63,538 nucleotides of DNA, filler included, from Craspedostauros australis (GCA_030167865.1; 15 parts of 15 records of this genome joined end to end with filler, not necessarily neighbours in it), one strand, 5' to 3'; positions 12,247-23,245 are shown, counted from the first letter of the whole stretch. The notes: a model not told the origin generated them from the sequence alone. Program-made: numbers and translations.

Positions 12247-13363
12247 ACAGCTCTGGCACCAGTACCAGTACCAGCACCTACGATTGACNNNNNNNNNNNN
12301 NNNNNNNNNNNNNNNNNNNNNNNNNNNNNNNNTTAATTAATTAANNNNNNNNNNNNNNNNNNNNNNNNNNNNNNNNNNNNNNNNNNNNGTCCTCAGTCGC
12401 ACAAGATGCTCCGTTCGCCTGTGTTGTTGCCACCTGTTTACGTGGACAACTCCGCTTCCGCAGGTGATGGCGCTGTGGCGGTCACAGTGACATTCCCCCT
12501 ACCACTGATGCAATGGCTCCTGCGTGGTTCACTCAAGAATGATACAAGCATTGTGTGGGCACGGTATGACTTGACATTTCCTCTGTGTTGTGTAAAGACA
12601 TTTTTGGTCCGGCAAAACCACGGTCCGATTGTATGACGTTTTGCGTTTCACTTGATTTGCTTGCTCGATGGATTCTGGCACAGCATCAATCTACGCAATC
12701 ATTGGTGCGGTGGCGATGTGCGTTCCCTCAGACATGGTGTGGTTGGCCACACAGAGAACTCCTATCAATCGACACGTCGGATGATGATGGTGTTGTTGAT
12801 GTCGTGGTGGAAATCATGAAACACATCCTACTTTGGTCAGCAGTTCGAAACCAGGAGTCTCGGCATAAACTGATATTCATTGAACGGACAAACGAACATG
12901 ATGTAGGACCAACGCTGGACAACGTGCTATTTTGCAATGTCCGATATTCGCACAACTGTTAACTAAAGTACGATCAATGTGTATTCAAAATCGGACAATA
13001 CGGCATAATGTCCGAAATACGGTGCGATATCCCAACAATACCGCAACCTCCTAGCCTTGGAGGCCGATACGAAACCATTGTGTCCATGGGACGTCGCGTG
13101 GACATTCGGACGTGTTGCGCCACTAAGTAATTAAAAAACAGGCTGGTTGGTGGAAATCGGCACTCCAAAAGGGCTGGTTCGTGAATTTCCTCAAAAGTTG
13201 TGCAAATCCTGGTGCGAAACCAACCACCCAATCCCACCGCCTCTGTCAGCACTCGCAACAAGAATCGATCCGGCACGGAACAGATCATCTGCGTCACACG
13301 GTTCCAAATGAGAACTCCAAGCGCAACAAAGCTCGGGAGAAATGACCCAAACTCCCCTCAATT

Positions 13364-13570
13364 CACCCTTCAATGGGATGGCTTGCTCGTGCCAGTGATA
13401 AAATATAAGCCATTTGATTGGCTGGAGTCGCCGGCCACGCCAAAAAATAGCCACTCGAACCCCTCCAATGCACCCTTCAATGGGATGGCTTGCTCGTGCC
13501 AGTGATAGAGTCTAAGACATTTGATTGGCTGGAGTCGCCGGCCACGCCAAAAAGAGCCACTCGAACCCCT
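13364..13570. repeat. 107-bp-period tandem duplication upstream of the methyltransferase
   Basis: CACCCTTCAATGGGATGG...CACTCGAACCCCT begins at 13364 and 13471, with a few substitutions and no N gap between copies. Confidence 0.9.
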
Positions 13571-13925
13571 GCGAAAGCCACAACAGCAAAACGAGAACAC
13601 ACAGCAACNCCACAAGGAACACAGAACGGGACGAAACGCAGCGGACATCACGTGCAAAACAGGCACACACGAACACAGAAGCACAACGACACAACACGAC
13701 AAATCTTTCATCGCAGCACAAGGCCAAACGTCGCCTCTCAGTTCACCCACAAACACCAGCCGGAGGGAACGCCCACACCAAGCCTGGCTGAGTCGAGTTG
13801 AGCTGACGGAGAAGTGTCGGAAGATCACCAACTGCCACTATCATTGCCGTCGTTGTCGCCGTTGCCGTCAGTAATCCATATAGTACACGTGATACCTGGA
13901 CTAGTACATCCACGAAGGCACAAAG

Positions 13926-15098
13926 ATGAATCCCAAGCAGAAGCAGAAGCAGCAGGCATCAACGAGAAGCTATTCCTGCGGGAGGGTTATTCTGGCGATC
14001 GGGGCCGTGCTATCCGTCGCCCAGCTCTTGGCCCGCATCAAAACCACCCCGGTGAGTTTCGTAGGATATGGCATATCCGCTGCAAGCAATACGGAGTGCA
14101 AGCCCAAGGATGACCTCGAGCAGGATTTCAAGTTGGCGTACGATGAGTCCTACGGCGTGCTGGATGGCATCCCCAATGACAAATGGAAACAAGCACAGTC
14201 CTGGGCTCGAAGCTTTGGCTTCCACCAGTACCCGGACGATCCAGCTCGATTGCTCCCCCAAGGACAGTCCTTCTGGTTCTTCGTCAACTACGACCCCTAC
14301 TTTGCATGCCCGTACAGCAAACGAATCGGCGGGTTGGGAGATGGCCCCAAATGGACTTGCAACCTGGATCGTCTCAAGGACATCGGTCAGGATCGTTGGA
14401 AGGCGGATGTAGCAAGTGGCAAGCACATTTCCATCAACGCTGACGACGGCGGCGAATCACCATCGTCTACTGCTGCTGCTGTAGCCACAGCTGAGTACGA
14501 TGCATCGAAGTACGGCTGCCTCGTCTACTCCATCGGAAGCAATGGGAACTACCTCTTCGAGGATGCCATTCAAGCACAGCTTGGCAGGGAGGCGTGCGAA
14601 ATCCACGTGTTCGATTTTTCAGGTGACTTCGAGCGCAAGGAGAACGCTGAGAGGAACATCCACTTCCATCAGTGGGGATACAAGGGATCCAAGACCCAAG
14701 ACGCCGACCTCCCAGCCGGCAAGGCTCACATGTTCACCGATCTGTTCGAGATCATCAAACGGTTGGGACACGAGGACCGAGTCATCGATCTCTTCAAGAT
14801 CGACTGCGAGCGTTGCGAGTACATCTCCTACGAAGACTTCACCAAGTACGAGAAGATTAGGCAGATTCTGATCGAGATCCACTCCCCACCACCACTCCGC
14901 GATGAAGACGCCAAGGCCCCGAACGCGCAAGCAGAACCGCGCGTGACAAGACAAACCAAGGTGCTGGTCAACTTCTTCGATTCTTTTGCTCAGAATAATC
15001 TCATCATGTTCTCGAAGGAACCCAATCCATGGTGCAGAGGATCATGTCTGGAGTACTCCTTCATCCGTCTCAAACCATCGTTCCTCAATCCTAACTGA
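13926..15098 (+). CDS. Methyltransferase-domain protein (Methyltransf_22 / METTL24-like) with N-terminal membrane anchor
   Basis: Motifs CP..KRIGGLGDGPKWTC, CLVYSIGSNG, CEIHVFD, IDLFKIDCE.CE and QILIEIH; hydrophobic segment VILAIGAVLSVAQLL; 390 aa, intact. Confidence 0.88.
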   Translation: MNPKQKQKQQASTRSYSCGRVILAIGAVLSVAQLLARIKTTPVSFVGYGISAASNTECKPKDDLEQDFKLAYDESYGVLDGIPNDKWKQAQSWARSFGFHQYPDDPARLLPQGQSFWFFVNYDPYFACPYSKRIGGLGDGPKWTCNLDRLKDIGQDRWKADVASGKHISINADDGGESPSSTAAAVATAEYDASKYGCLVYSIGSNGNYLFEDAIQAQLGREACEIHVFDFSGDFERKENAERNIHFHQWGYKGSKTQDADLPAGKAHMFTDLFEIIKRLGHEDRVIDLFKIDCERCEYISYEDFTKYEKIRQILIEIHSPPPLRDEDAKAPNAQAEPRVTRQTKVLVNFFDSFAQNNLIMFSKEPNPWCRGSCLEYSFIRLKPSFLNPN

Positions 15099-15676
15099 AC
15101 CATCCACAACAGCCATGGACCTCAGGTCGATAATATCATTGTGACGACTACTATTACTTGATTCTGTCAATGCATTGCTGGTCCCTCTCTTCTCGTAGAG
15201 TAGTTGTTGGTGTGGTTAATCATTTTGCTGAGTTGGACATGTCCTGCCCTTCATGTTGAGCCAGAATAGATCCATTGCTCGTAATCATGCTGGCACTCGT
15301 AGGCCAGTTGAACATGATGAATACTGAAGATGTACGCAGTGGGATTGCAAGAACAAGGCAAGAAGGAGATGAAAGCATGGCATGATGCCGACGCTTCGCC
15401 TTGTCTTGACATCCACAGTCTGTTCTTGTTGGCTGGCGGAATACCATGGTGGAAAAGGTGAACCGCCCCTCAAGGATTCCCGCTGCACCTTTCCGACCAC
15501 AAAAAGGTGCCAAGGGGCGGTTGCCATTCGACGGTGATCTTCGTCACAACTCGGCCACCCGAATCTCGATCCGCCCCTGGATTGCAGAAAAATAGTCGGT
15601 GTTGATGATCATGGAACAAGACCAGGAAGTACCAGGAAGACCACCATCACAAACATTACGACATGATTATCAGACA

Positions 15677-15709
15677 GAGGAGGAGGAGGAGGAGGAGGAG
15701 GAGGAGGAG
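15677..15709. repeat. (GAG)11 microsatellite
   Basis: Direct count. Confidence 0.95.
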
Positions 15710-15853
15710 CAACGTATCATGGAACACAACGATAACATCGTGGTTTGAGAATCCTGGCGTCCCAATCGTCATCCTCACTCTCACAATTTTCAAAAGAACC
15801 ACAACACCAACCACAACACCACAAATACAGAAACAATCACAGCAACAATTACC

Positions 15854-16894
15854 ATGACGCCATCCAACAAAAGAAGCAACGACAACAAGACAGCCATCAT
15901 TTTCGGTGCCACGGGAGCCGTTGGACGACACCTGGTGGATATCGTCGTTGCAGAACAACCCAGCTGGACTGTCCTGGCTGTTTCTCGCAATGCAGAGACG
16001 AAGATCTTCTCGCATCTGCCTTCCGTCCAGGTCCTCCAAGGCGATCCCAACAACCGAGAGTCGGTCCTCGCGCTGTCGAAGGATGCCGATATCGTGTACT
16101 CATGCATCGGCTTCAACAGATACGAGGCCAAGTACTGGTCTAAGCACTGGCCGATCATCGCGGACAACCTCCTCGCCGGATCCAACCAGCAACTGCACCA
16201 AAAACTCGTATTTTGCGACAACCTCTACGCCTACGGCAGCGGCAACATCTCTCCCAGCAAGGATCCTGCGCTTTACGTGCAGCCAACCTCGCGACCATCC
16301 AAGCCAGGAACAAGGGCAGCGATGTGGAAGCAATTCCAACCCCGATTGGATGACAACCGCATGGTGATCGTCGGAGGCGCCGACTTTTTCGGTCGATACG
16401 TCACGGCCAGCGGCTTCATGGGAGAGACTTTCGTCGGCGCCATCACCAAAGGGCAGAAGCCCATGGCAGTTGGATCGTCCACCGTCGTCCACGACTTTTG
16501 CTTCGTCCCAGACTTCGCCCGCGCGCTTTACGTCGCGAGCATCAATGACGACGCGTACGGTCGCAAATGGATCTGCCCGCACACCATCCATGGCAAATCG
16601 ATGACGGACATCGCGCAGGATGTTGGCCAGATCGTGCAGGCACAGAACGGGAAGTCAGGAAGGAAGCGCGCCAAGAAAATCTTGGTGACCACATACTCCA
16701 AGCGATTCATCTGGATGCTCTCACCCTTCGTCGGGATCATGGGAGAGATCCTCGAGATGTTGCCCATCTGGACGAAGGACTACACCGTCGACGACTCCGA
16801 CTTCATCGATACGTTCGGCATGAAGGCAACGCCGTACGATGAGGCGCTGAGGTCGTATGTCGATTTCTGGAAGGGTGAAGTCGAGCCACAATAG
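15854..16894 (+). CDS. NAD(P)-dependent epimerase/dehydratase, atypical SDR
   Basis: Rossmann IIFGATGAVG plus LVFCDNLYAYG, DFFG and HDFCFVPDFARAL; 346 aa, intact and intronless. Confidence 0.88.
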   Translation: MTPSNKRSNDNKTAIIFGATGAVGRHLVDIVVAEQPSWTVLAVSRNAETKIFSHLPSVQVLQGDPNNRESVLALSKDADIVYSCIGFNRYEAKYWSKHWPIIADNLLAGSNQQLHQKLVFCDNLYAYGSGNISPSKDPALYVQPTSRPSKPGTRAAMWKQFQPRLDDNRMVIVGGADFFGRYVTASGFMGETFVGAITKGQKPMAVGSSTVVHDFCFVPDFARALYVASINDDAYGRKWICPHTIHGKSMTDIAQDVGQIVQAQNGKSGRKRAKKILVTTYSKRFIWMLSPFVGIMGEILEMLPIWTKDYTVDDSDFIDTFGMKATPYDEALRSYVDFWKGEVEPQ

Positions 16895-17150
16895 GACGAT
16901 GAAGAGGAGATGGAAGTGTGAGAATGCTGTCGATGGGATCATCGACGGAATGGAATAGCCGTAGAGTGTGGAAAGTGTGAGCACGAGCGCAGATAGTCTT
17001 GTTTCGGCGTGGCAAGTACAAGCATTGGGGAAGAGAAGGCGAGCTTCAGANNNNNNNNNNNNNNNNNNNNNNNNNNNNNNNNNNNNNNNNNNNNTTAATT
17101 AATTAANNNNNNNNNNNNNNNNNNNNNNNNNNNNNNNNNNNNNNNNNNNN

Positions 17151-18450
17151 AAAGACAACGATGGTTCCACTCCCCTTCATCGGGCATGTCGCAACGGCAA
17201 GCGGGAGTGTGCGAAGTACCTCATCGAATCATGCAGGGCCGACGCCAACTGCAAAGACAATGATGGTTCCACTCCCCTTCATTGGGCATGCCCCAACGGC
17301 CAGTTGGAGTGTGTGAAGTACCTCATCGAATCATGTGAGGCTAACATCAACTGCAAAACCAAGGATGGTTCCACTCCCCTTCATGTGGCATGCCCCAACG
17401 GCCACCTGGAATGTGTGAAGTACCTCATCCAATCATGTGAGGCAGACATCAACAGGAAAGACAACAATGGAAACACTCCCCTTCATGTGGCATGCCCCAA
17501 CGGCCACCTGGAGTGTGTGAAGTACCTCGTCGAATCATGTGAGGCAGACATCGACTGGAAAGACAACAATGGTTGGACTCCCCTTCATCATGCATGCCGC
17601 AACGGCCAGCTGGAGTGTGTGAAGTACCTCATTGAATCATGTGAGGCAGACATCAACAGGAAAGACAACAATGGAAACACTCCCCTTCATCACGCATGCC
17701 ACAACGGCCAGCTGGAGTGTGTGAAGTACCTCGTCGAATCATGTGAGGCAGACATCAACTGGAAAGACAACAATGGAAACACTCCCCTTCATCATGCATG
17801 CCGCAACGGCCAGCTGGAGTGTGCGAAGTACCTCATTGAATTATGCAGGGCTGACATCAACTGGAGAGACAATGATGCTTCCACTCCCCTTCATTGGGCA
17901 TGTCGCAACGGCAAGCGGGAGTGTGCGAAGTACCTCATCGAATCATGCAATGCCGACGCCAACTGCAACACCAACGATGGTTCCACCCCCCTTCATGTGG
18001 CATGCCGCTGTGGCCAGCTGGAGTGTGTGAAGTACCTCATCGAATCATGTGCGGCGAACATCAACTGCAAAGACAATGATGGTTGGACTCCCCTTCATTG
18101 GGCATGCTCCAATGGCCAGCTGGAGTGTGTGAAGTACCTCATCGAATCATGTGCGGCGAACATCAACTGCAAAGACGACGATGGTAGAACTCCCCTTTAT
18201 TGGGCATGCTACAGCGCCCACCCAGAGTGTGTAAATTACCTTATCAAATCATGTGGGGCCGACGCCAACTGCGAAGACAATGACGGTGAAACTCCCCTTC
18301 ATTGGGCATGCCACAACGGCCAGTTGGAGTGTGTGAAGTACCTCATCGAATCAGGCGCGGCGAACATCAACTGCAACACCACCGATGGTTCCACTCCCCT
18401 TCATTGGGCATGCCGCAATGGCAAGCGGGAGTGTATGGAGTCCCTCATCA
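17151..18450 (+). repeat. Coding tandem array of 13 x 102-bp ankyrin units
   Basis: The T-P-L codons (ACTCCCCTT or a synonymous variant) recur from 17169 to 18393 at exact 102-nt spacing. Confidence 0.95.
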
Positions 18451-19466
18451 GAGGACTTTCGCCTTCAGCTCACCCACAACTGCAACAACTGCAGCAACGC
18501 TTACAACAAAACGAACAAGCAAATGAACAGCCACAAGAACAGTTGGGACAGCAGTTGAAGCGAAAGAAGCACGAGAATGAACACAAACACAATAGCCACA
18601 AGAGGACCAACATCAGCATTGGAGAAGACCGACTCAGACCCTTCCAACTCGAGAACAGGGCGGACACCATCTTCTTGTGTGGACAGGGCGACGAACAGCA
18701 ATCAATCAAGGCAAACTCTGCAGTCCTCATTGTCACTGTTCCATCCATTCAGACATTGATCAACTCCGGAATCCAACATCAATGCACTCACGATGGTGCT
18801 CAAGATGGAACTGATCCCATCCAAACGACCATCCCTCTTCCCAACCTCCAACCAAAACATGTTCGACACGTCCTCCAATGCATCTACACAGGTGAGATGT
18901 CCTTCGACAACAGCGCTCATGAAGACAACACCAATACCGGTGACGCAAACCAACCAACTCCCACCCTCAATGGACAGGACGATCTGCAACAGCTGATCCT
19001 GGTGGCCAACGAGTTCGGCTTCTGGCAACTCAAGCTTGTTCTTGAAGCGGAGTTGGCCCGCAAGCATCTCACAGAGGACACCTTGATAGACGCATTGATT
19101 TTTGCCGATCAACACAACTGCGTGGTGTTGAAGGATGCAGCAATGAGAATGGCAGGTGAACATGAGAATACACTGTTCACTCATCCAGATTTCAAGAAAA
19201 TGTTTCATCACCCTCACCTAATGGGAGTCATTCATGACCTCTGCCATGGTAGAATGGAGAGTGACGGACTTGATGATGAGTACAGTGGCATGTCCATGAT
19301 GGACCTGTACAAGGCTGTGGGTGAAGACGAGGGGATCGCGCAAGTGGATTCATACATGGATTGGGTGACATTGGTGGACTTCGTGCGCTCCTCTGCACCC
19401 TCCATGGTGGCTGACACCGATGGCGCTGTTGAGGAAGAGGAATGGATCACAACAACAGCAGACTGA
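17151..19466 (+). CDS. Ankyrin-repeat / Gln-rich linker / BTB-BACK protein (5' partial)
   Basis: Frame open from the contig edge; 13 TPLH ankyrin repeats; from ~18660 a BTB (ADTIFLC...VLQCIYTG...ANEFGFWQLKL) and a BACK-like helix (LIFADQHNCVVLKDAAM). Confidence 0.9.
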   Translation, partial: KDNDGSTPLHRACRNGKRECAKYLIESCRADANCKDNDGSTPLHWACPNGQLECVKYLIESCEANINCKTKDGSTPLHVACPNGHLECVKYLIQSCEADINRKDNNGNTPLHVACPNGHLECVKYLVESCEADIDWKDNNGWTPLHHACRNGQLECVKYLIESCEADINRKDNNGNTPLHHACHNGQLECVKYLVESCEADINWKDNNGNTPLHHACRNGQLECAKYLIELCRADINWRDNDASTPLHWACRNGKRECAKYLIESCNADANCNTNDGSTPLHVACRCGQLECVKYLIESCAANINCKDNDGWTPLHWACSNGQLECVKYLIESCAANINCKDDDGRTPLYWACYSAHPECVNYLIKSCGADANCEDNDGETPLHWACHNGQLECVKYLIESGAANINCNTTDGSTPLHWACRNGKRECMESLIRGLSPSAHPQLQQLQQRLQQNEQANEQPQEQLGQQLKRKKHENEHKHNSHKRTNISIGEDRLRPFQLENRADTIFLCGQGDEQQSIKANSAVLIVTVPSIQTLINSGIQHQCTHDGAQDGTDPIQTTIPLPNLQPKHVRHVLQCIYTGEMSFDNSAHEDNTNTGDANQPTPTLNGQDDLQQLILVANEFGFWQLKLVLEAELARKHLTEDTLIDALIFADQHNCVVLKDAAMRMAGEHENTLFTHPDFKKMFHHPHLMGVIHDLCHGRMESDGLDDEYSGMSMMDLYKAVGEDEGIAQVDSYMDWVTLVDFVRSSAPSMVADTDGAVEEEEWITTTAD

Positions 19467-20015
19467 GAAGTGAACGAATGCTAGATTAGAGTTGATGTGT
19501 AAAATTAGTGGTCAGAGCAGTATCTATTGTGTAAGGAGGCGATCAACGATGCATGCAATGTCACGCCCGGCATGTTTGTGACGAGTTATTGTGCACACGA
19601 TCGCATCGTTTACAGCACAGCCTGGCTGGACTGCAAGGCGCGATCTTCTGCCATCGGAAGGTTCGCGTCGTCCGCCATTGCATTGCTGATGACCATGACG
19701 CTGTCTTGTATGTGATCCTGGTTGGTGTCCAGCACGTTCGTGTGTGGTATCATCGGACAGTGTGGCACAAAGACGGTGGTCTGGCCACCGCTGTCATCGT
19801 CGTCGTCGCCGATCATACGGTTTTCCATGATGTGGAAAGAGTTGTGTGAGAAAGGGATGCGGACTCCACGGACTTCATGCATGGATTGTAGTACTCCACG
19901 ACAACTTGACAGAGCAGGATGGACTGCTACTGTGCCTTGCTGTTGCTGCGACAGTCTGTCGATGATATCGCGCAAGGCGCACTCCAGCTACCACATGGCT
20001 ACCGATGCAGCCAAC

Positions 20016-20659
20016 TGTTGGAAATCCGGGGTTAATGTTAGTAGGAACTAATTGGTTGTTAGATCGTGCTGTTTTAGAACTGTGAGCTCATTCTCTTCAG
20101 CTCCTTTGCCTTTCATTTCACATATAGCATCTTCTGCAGCAGCATCACATTGTACTGTTGCCTTCATGCATCTTATCTTCATGCTTCTGCGCTTGCATAC
20201 ATGAGATCATATCTGCAGGCATCTTTGTCATGCATCTCACCATGCATATCATCATTCTACATTCCCTGTGGTACGATTCCACAGTCTTGCGTTTCGCTCT
20301 TGATCTCCTGACACCAAACTTTACGATTGGTGTCATGATTGATGTCATGATTGATGCCCTTTCTGAGTTGTTCTAGTCCGTGGGTGACACGTGCCATGAT
20401 CTCCAGATGGGGTGATCATCAATGTGTCGGTCATCATCTTCCTTCACATGGTTTAGATGTCGTGGCCTTTTCTTGATTCACAGAGGACAGGCTTGTTTTC
20501 CTGGTAAGACTGGGGTCATTCACGTGTGGTTTCGTGTCGTGGGTGGAATGGACAATATTCAATGGTGTGACGAATAATATCCAAAGGTGTGACAAATAAT
20601 GTTGAGAGTTGCGGCAATCATGGGTATCTTCGACAGAGTCGTACCCTCGATTCCTGACA
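20016..20659 (-). mobile_element. Complete LTR, family B1 (644 bp), with no internal domain and no TSD
   Basis: Minus-strand termini TGTCAGGAATCG...GGATTTCCAACA; same family at 7738 and 30790; flanks GCCAAC and GATGTG do not match. Confidence 0.88.
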
Positions 20660-22276
20660 GATGTGTTGCGACAGTGCAATGGCGCAATCTCGTGGGATAG
20701 AATTGCATGGAAACTGGCAGGCAGCGGAAACCCGCAAGTCGTTGGTCCAAAGTGTATTCGCAAATTCGTCATGGGATTGGAAGGCAGCGAGTACCGTTCT
20801 ACAACAATGCTCCCTATGATCAATGGCACCACTACAACAAAGCGCGACATCTGGGCTAAGGACTTCTGTGTGTTCTGGGAATCAGCTAAGCTGTTTGAGA
20901 ATACGCAAGTTGTCCTTGTCCACATGGACAAAAAATGGTTCTACTCCATTGTCGCTCGCAAGCATCTCAAACATGTGCCCCAGATGGGAGTTAAGCCTGT
21001 TCACCATGCTGTGCACCACAGTGCCACATTGACAAGACCATGGCAATTGCATCAACAGCATTTGCCCCAACAGACAACCGCTTTGAGCGAGGAGGAAAGG
21101 CGTATCGGGTGAACTTCGAGCGTGTTGGGCGCAAGGCTCCAGCGCAAAAGACTACGTACAAGCGAACTTGGGTCTCGCCAACGGAGTACAGGTACATTCA
21201 TGATAAGAACAAAATCTCTTGCAAGAAGGGTGAACTGTACTTCCAAGCACTGGAGATCACAGGCAGCAAGGAATCAGTTGGTGCACCTGATAAACCCAAG
21301 CCGAAATACAGCCTCAAGAAATTCTTCCGCGAAAAAGAAATCCCCGCACTGGATTCGCTCGCCAGCAAAATCAAGGCCGAAACGGGCAAGAACATGGTGA
21401 TTCGGTACCAGATGGATGGCGCGGGGCCACACAGAGACACGGAACGACTCAGATTCATCAACGAGGAGTTCGACAGTCGCGGATGGCACTTACGACTGCA
21501 ACCACCAAATTCTCCCATCACGAATGTGAAAGACGATGCGATATTCCCAGCGATGTCGAAGCACGTGTCAGCATACCAAGGTACGAACCATGGAAGCCAC
21601 ATGCTTACCACTGACGCATTGTGGGATGCTTGCAAAATCTGTTGGGAACAATTTGGGCTGGACAAGGTGGCGCGTGCGTATGTTCGCCACCATCAGATCG
21701 CCTACGCAATTTGTGCTGCGAAAGGAGGTGACGAATTTGTGACGGAGAACAAGGGACTGAGCATGAACGTGCGGAAACAAACGTTCACTGAATTTGACGA
21801 GATCGGCAACAAGATCGGCGTTACTGTCTCACATGGACTTCGCGTTGGAGGAGGATGAGGCAACCAACGCAACTACCAAGAAACCAGCTGCAACAGGCAA
21901 CAAAGGCAAATCAGCTGGCTTCAAATACGCCAAGCCCAACATCAAAGGTATGTACAATTATGCGCTCAAGGTGATGGCTGTCAGTGGACTGCAGTGCCTG
22001 AAAACGAACCTGCCAACAACCAGCAGCCTCATTCCGTTGCTGGAGAAGCAAATCATTGAGACCATCAAATGTGACAAGGAGACTGAACAACAGAAGAAAG
22101 ACAAGGAGAAAAAGAAGACGCCCAGGAAGAGCAAAGCCAAGGTCATTGAGCCTCACAACAACAACAGCAACACCAAGGCAGCACCCACCATGAACGCATT
22201 CGAAGTGGCCTGTCTGGCTGGCAAGGCCGAGCATCACAGCAAAGCAGAGGAGGATACCAACACAGCAGAGATGTAA
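20660..22276 (+). pseudogene. Tc1/mariner-superfamily transposase (DD39D-like, here D38D spacing), 5'-truncated and frameshifted
   Basis: Motifs LVHMDKKWFY, YQMDGAGPH and LQPPNSPITNVKD; frameshift near 21020 and a probable second one near 21845. Confidence 0.75.
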
Positions 22277-22369
22277 CTGCAAATCGTAGTAGTAGTGATG
22301 ATATGTGTGAGGTACACCTGTGATTCGAATGGTTGTGTGCGCATCGTCTGCTTGATGGCATGGAGGATT

Positions 22370-23151
22370 TGTTGGAAATCCGGGGTTATAGTAGTAGACT
22401 AATCTGTTATCAGTCTGTACCGTTTTAGAACTGTGAGCACAACATGCTCATCTCNNNNNNNNNNNNNNNNNNNNNNNNNNNNNNNNNGCAGTAGCCACCC
22501 GAGGTTACACCCTTTAGCTTGGCTCCTTTCGTCTGCATCTTCATCTTGCTTTCATCGTGGTTCATCGTTTGCTTGGCTGAGGATTGGAGAGCACCTACAT
22601 TCGTCAAGTTCATACTCGTAGACCTGTAGGTACCTCTCCTTTGGTCTCCTGTCACCTCACTGGTCCCACTTCATTTCAGTTCCTCCCTCTGGTCATCTCG
22701 ATGGTTGCCTTTGGATACTTGGAACTTATTGTCATCTGGATTGTGGTCTTGAGTGAATAGGGATCGCCTCTGTTTCGCTTTCTCACATTAGGTTCTCAGA
22801 GACGCGTCGACTTGTTCAGATATATTGGTTGTCGCGNNNNNNNNNNNNNNNNNNNNNNNNNNNNNNNNNNNNNNNNNNNNNNNNNNNNNNNNNNNNNNNN
22901 NNNNNNNNNNNNNNNNNNNNNNNNNNNNNNNNNNNNNNNNNNNNNNNNNNNNNNNNNNNNNNNNNNNNNNNNNNNNCTGTCCGAGTGCAACGGATCGATT
23001 GCTAGGTTGCGGTTTGTCTGGTAGATGCTATTGGGGGTTGCGGCAATCATGGGTATCTTTTCACTTAATACCATTCTGGTTCCAGTCAGTCCTTATGGGA
23101 GCTGCGGTAGAATAGGGTATCTTTGCAAAGTCGTACCCCCGATTCCTGACA
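22370..23151 (-). mobile_element. 3' LTR, family B2
   Basis: Preceded on the minus strand by PPT GGAAGGG (23152-23158); termini TGTCAGGAATCG...TTTCCAACA. Confidence 0.88.
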
Positions 23152-23245
23152 CCCTTCCATTGTCGCACCACCATACTCACCCACACGCAAATCGTCTCTC
23201 GTCACACTCCCTTGTCTCGCTCTTGCACTCATCTCTTCTGTCCCA

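Noticed and set aside
4673..19466. A defence gene cluster linking the STAND ATPase, methyltransferase, SDR and ankyrin-BTB
   Set aside because: The genes lie on three different scaffolds separated by artificial linkers; only the methyltransferase and SDR are physically linked.
20016..23151. Transposase captured between two LTRs as one hybrid element
   Set aside because: The two LTRs belong to different subfamilies, B2 is the 3' LTR of the adjacent pol, and there is no PBS or PPT around the transposase.
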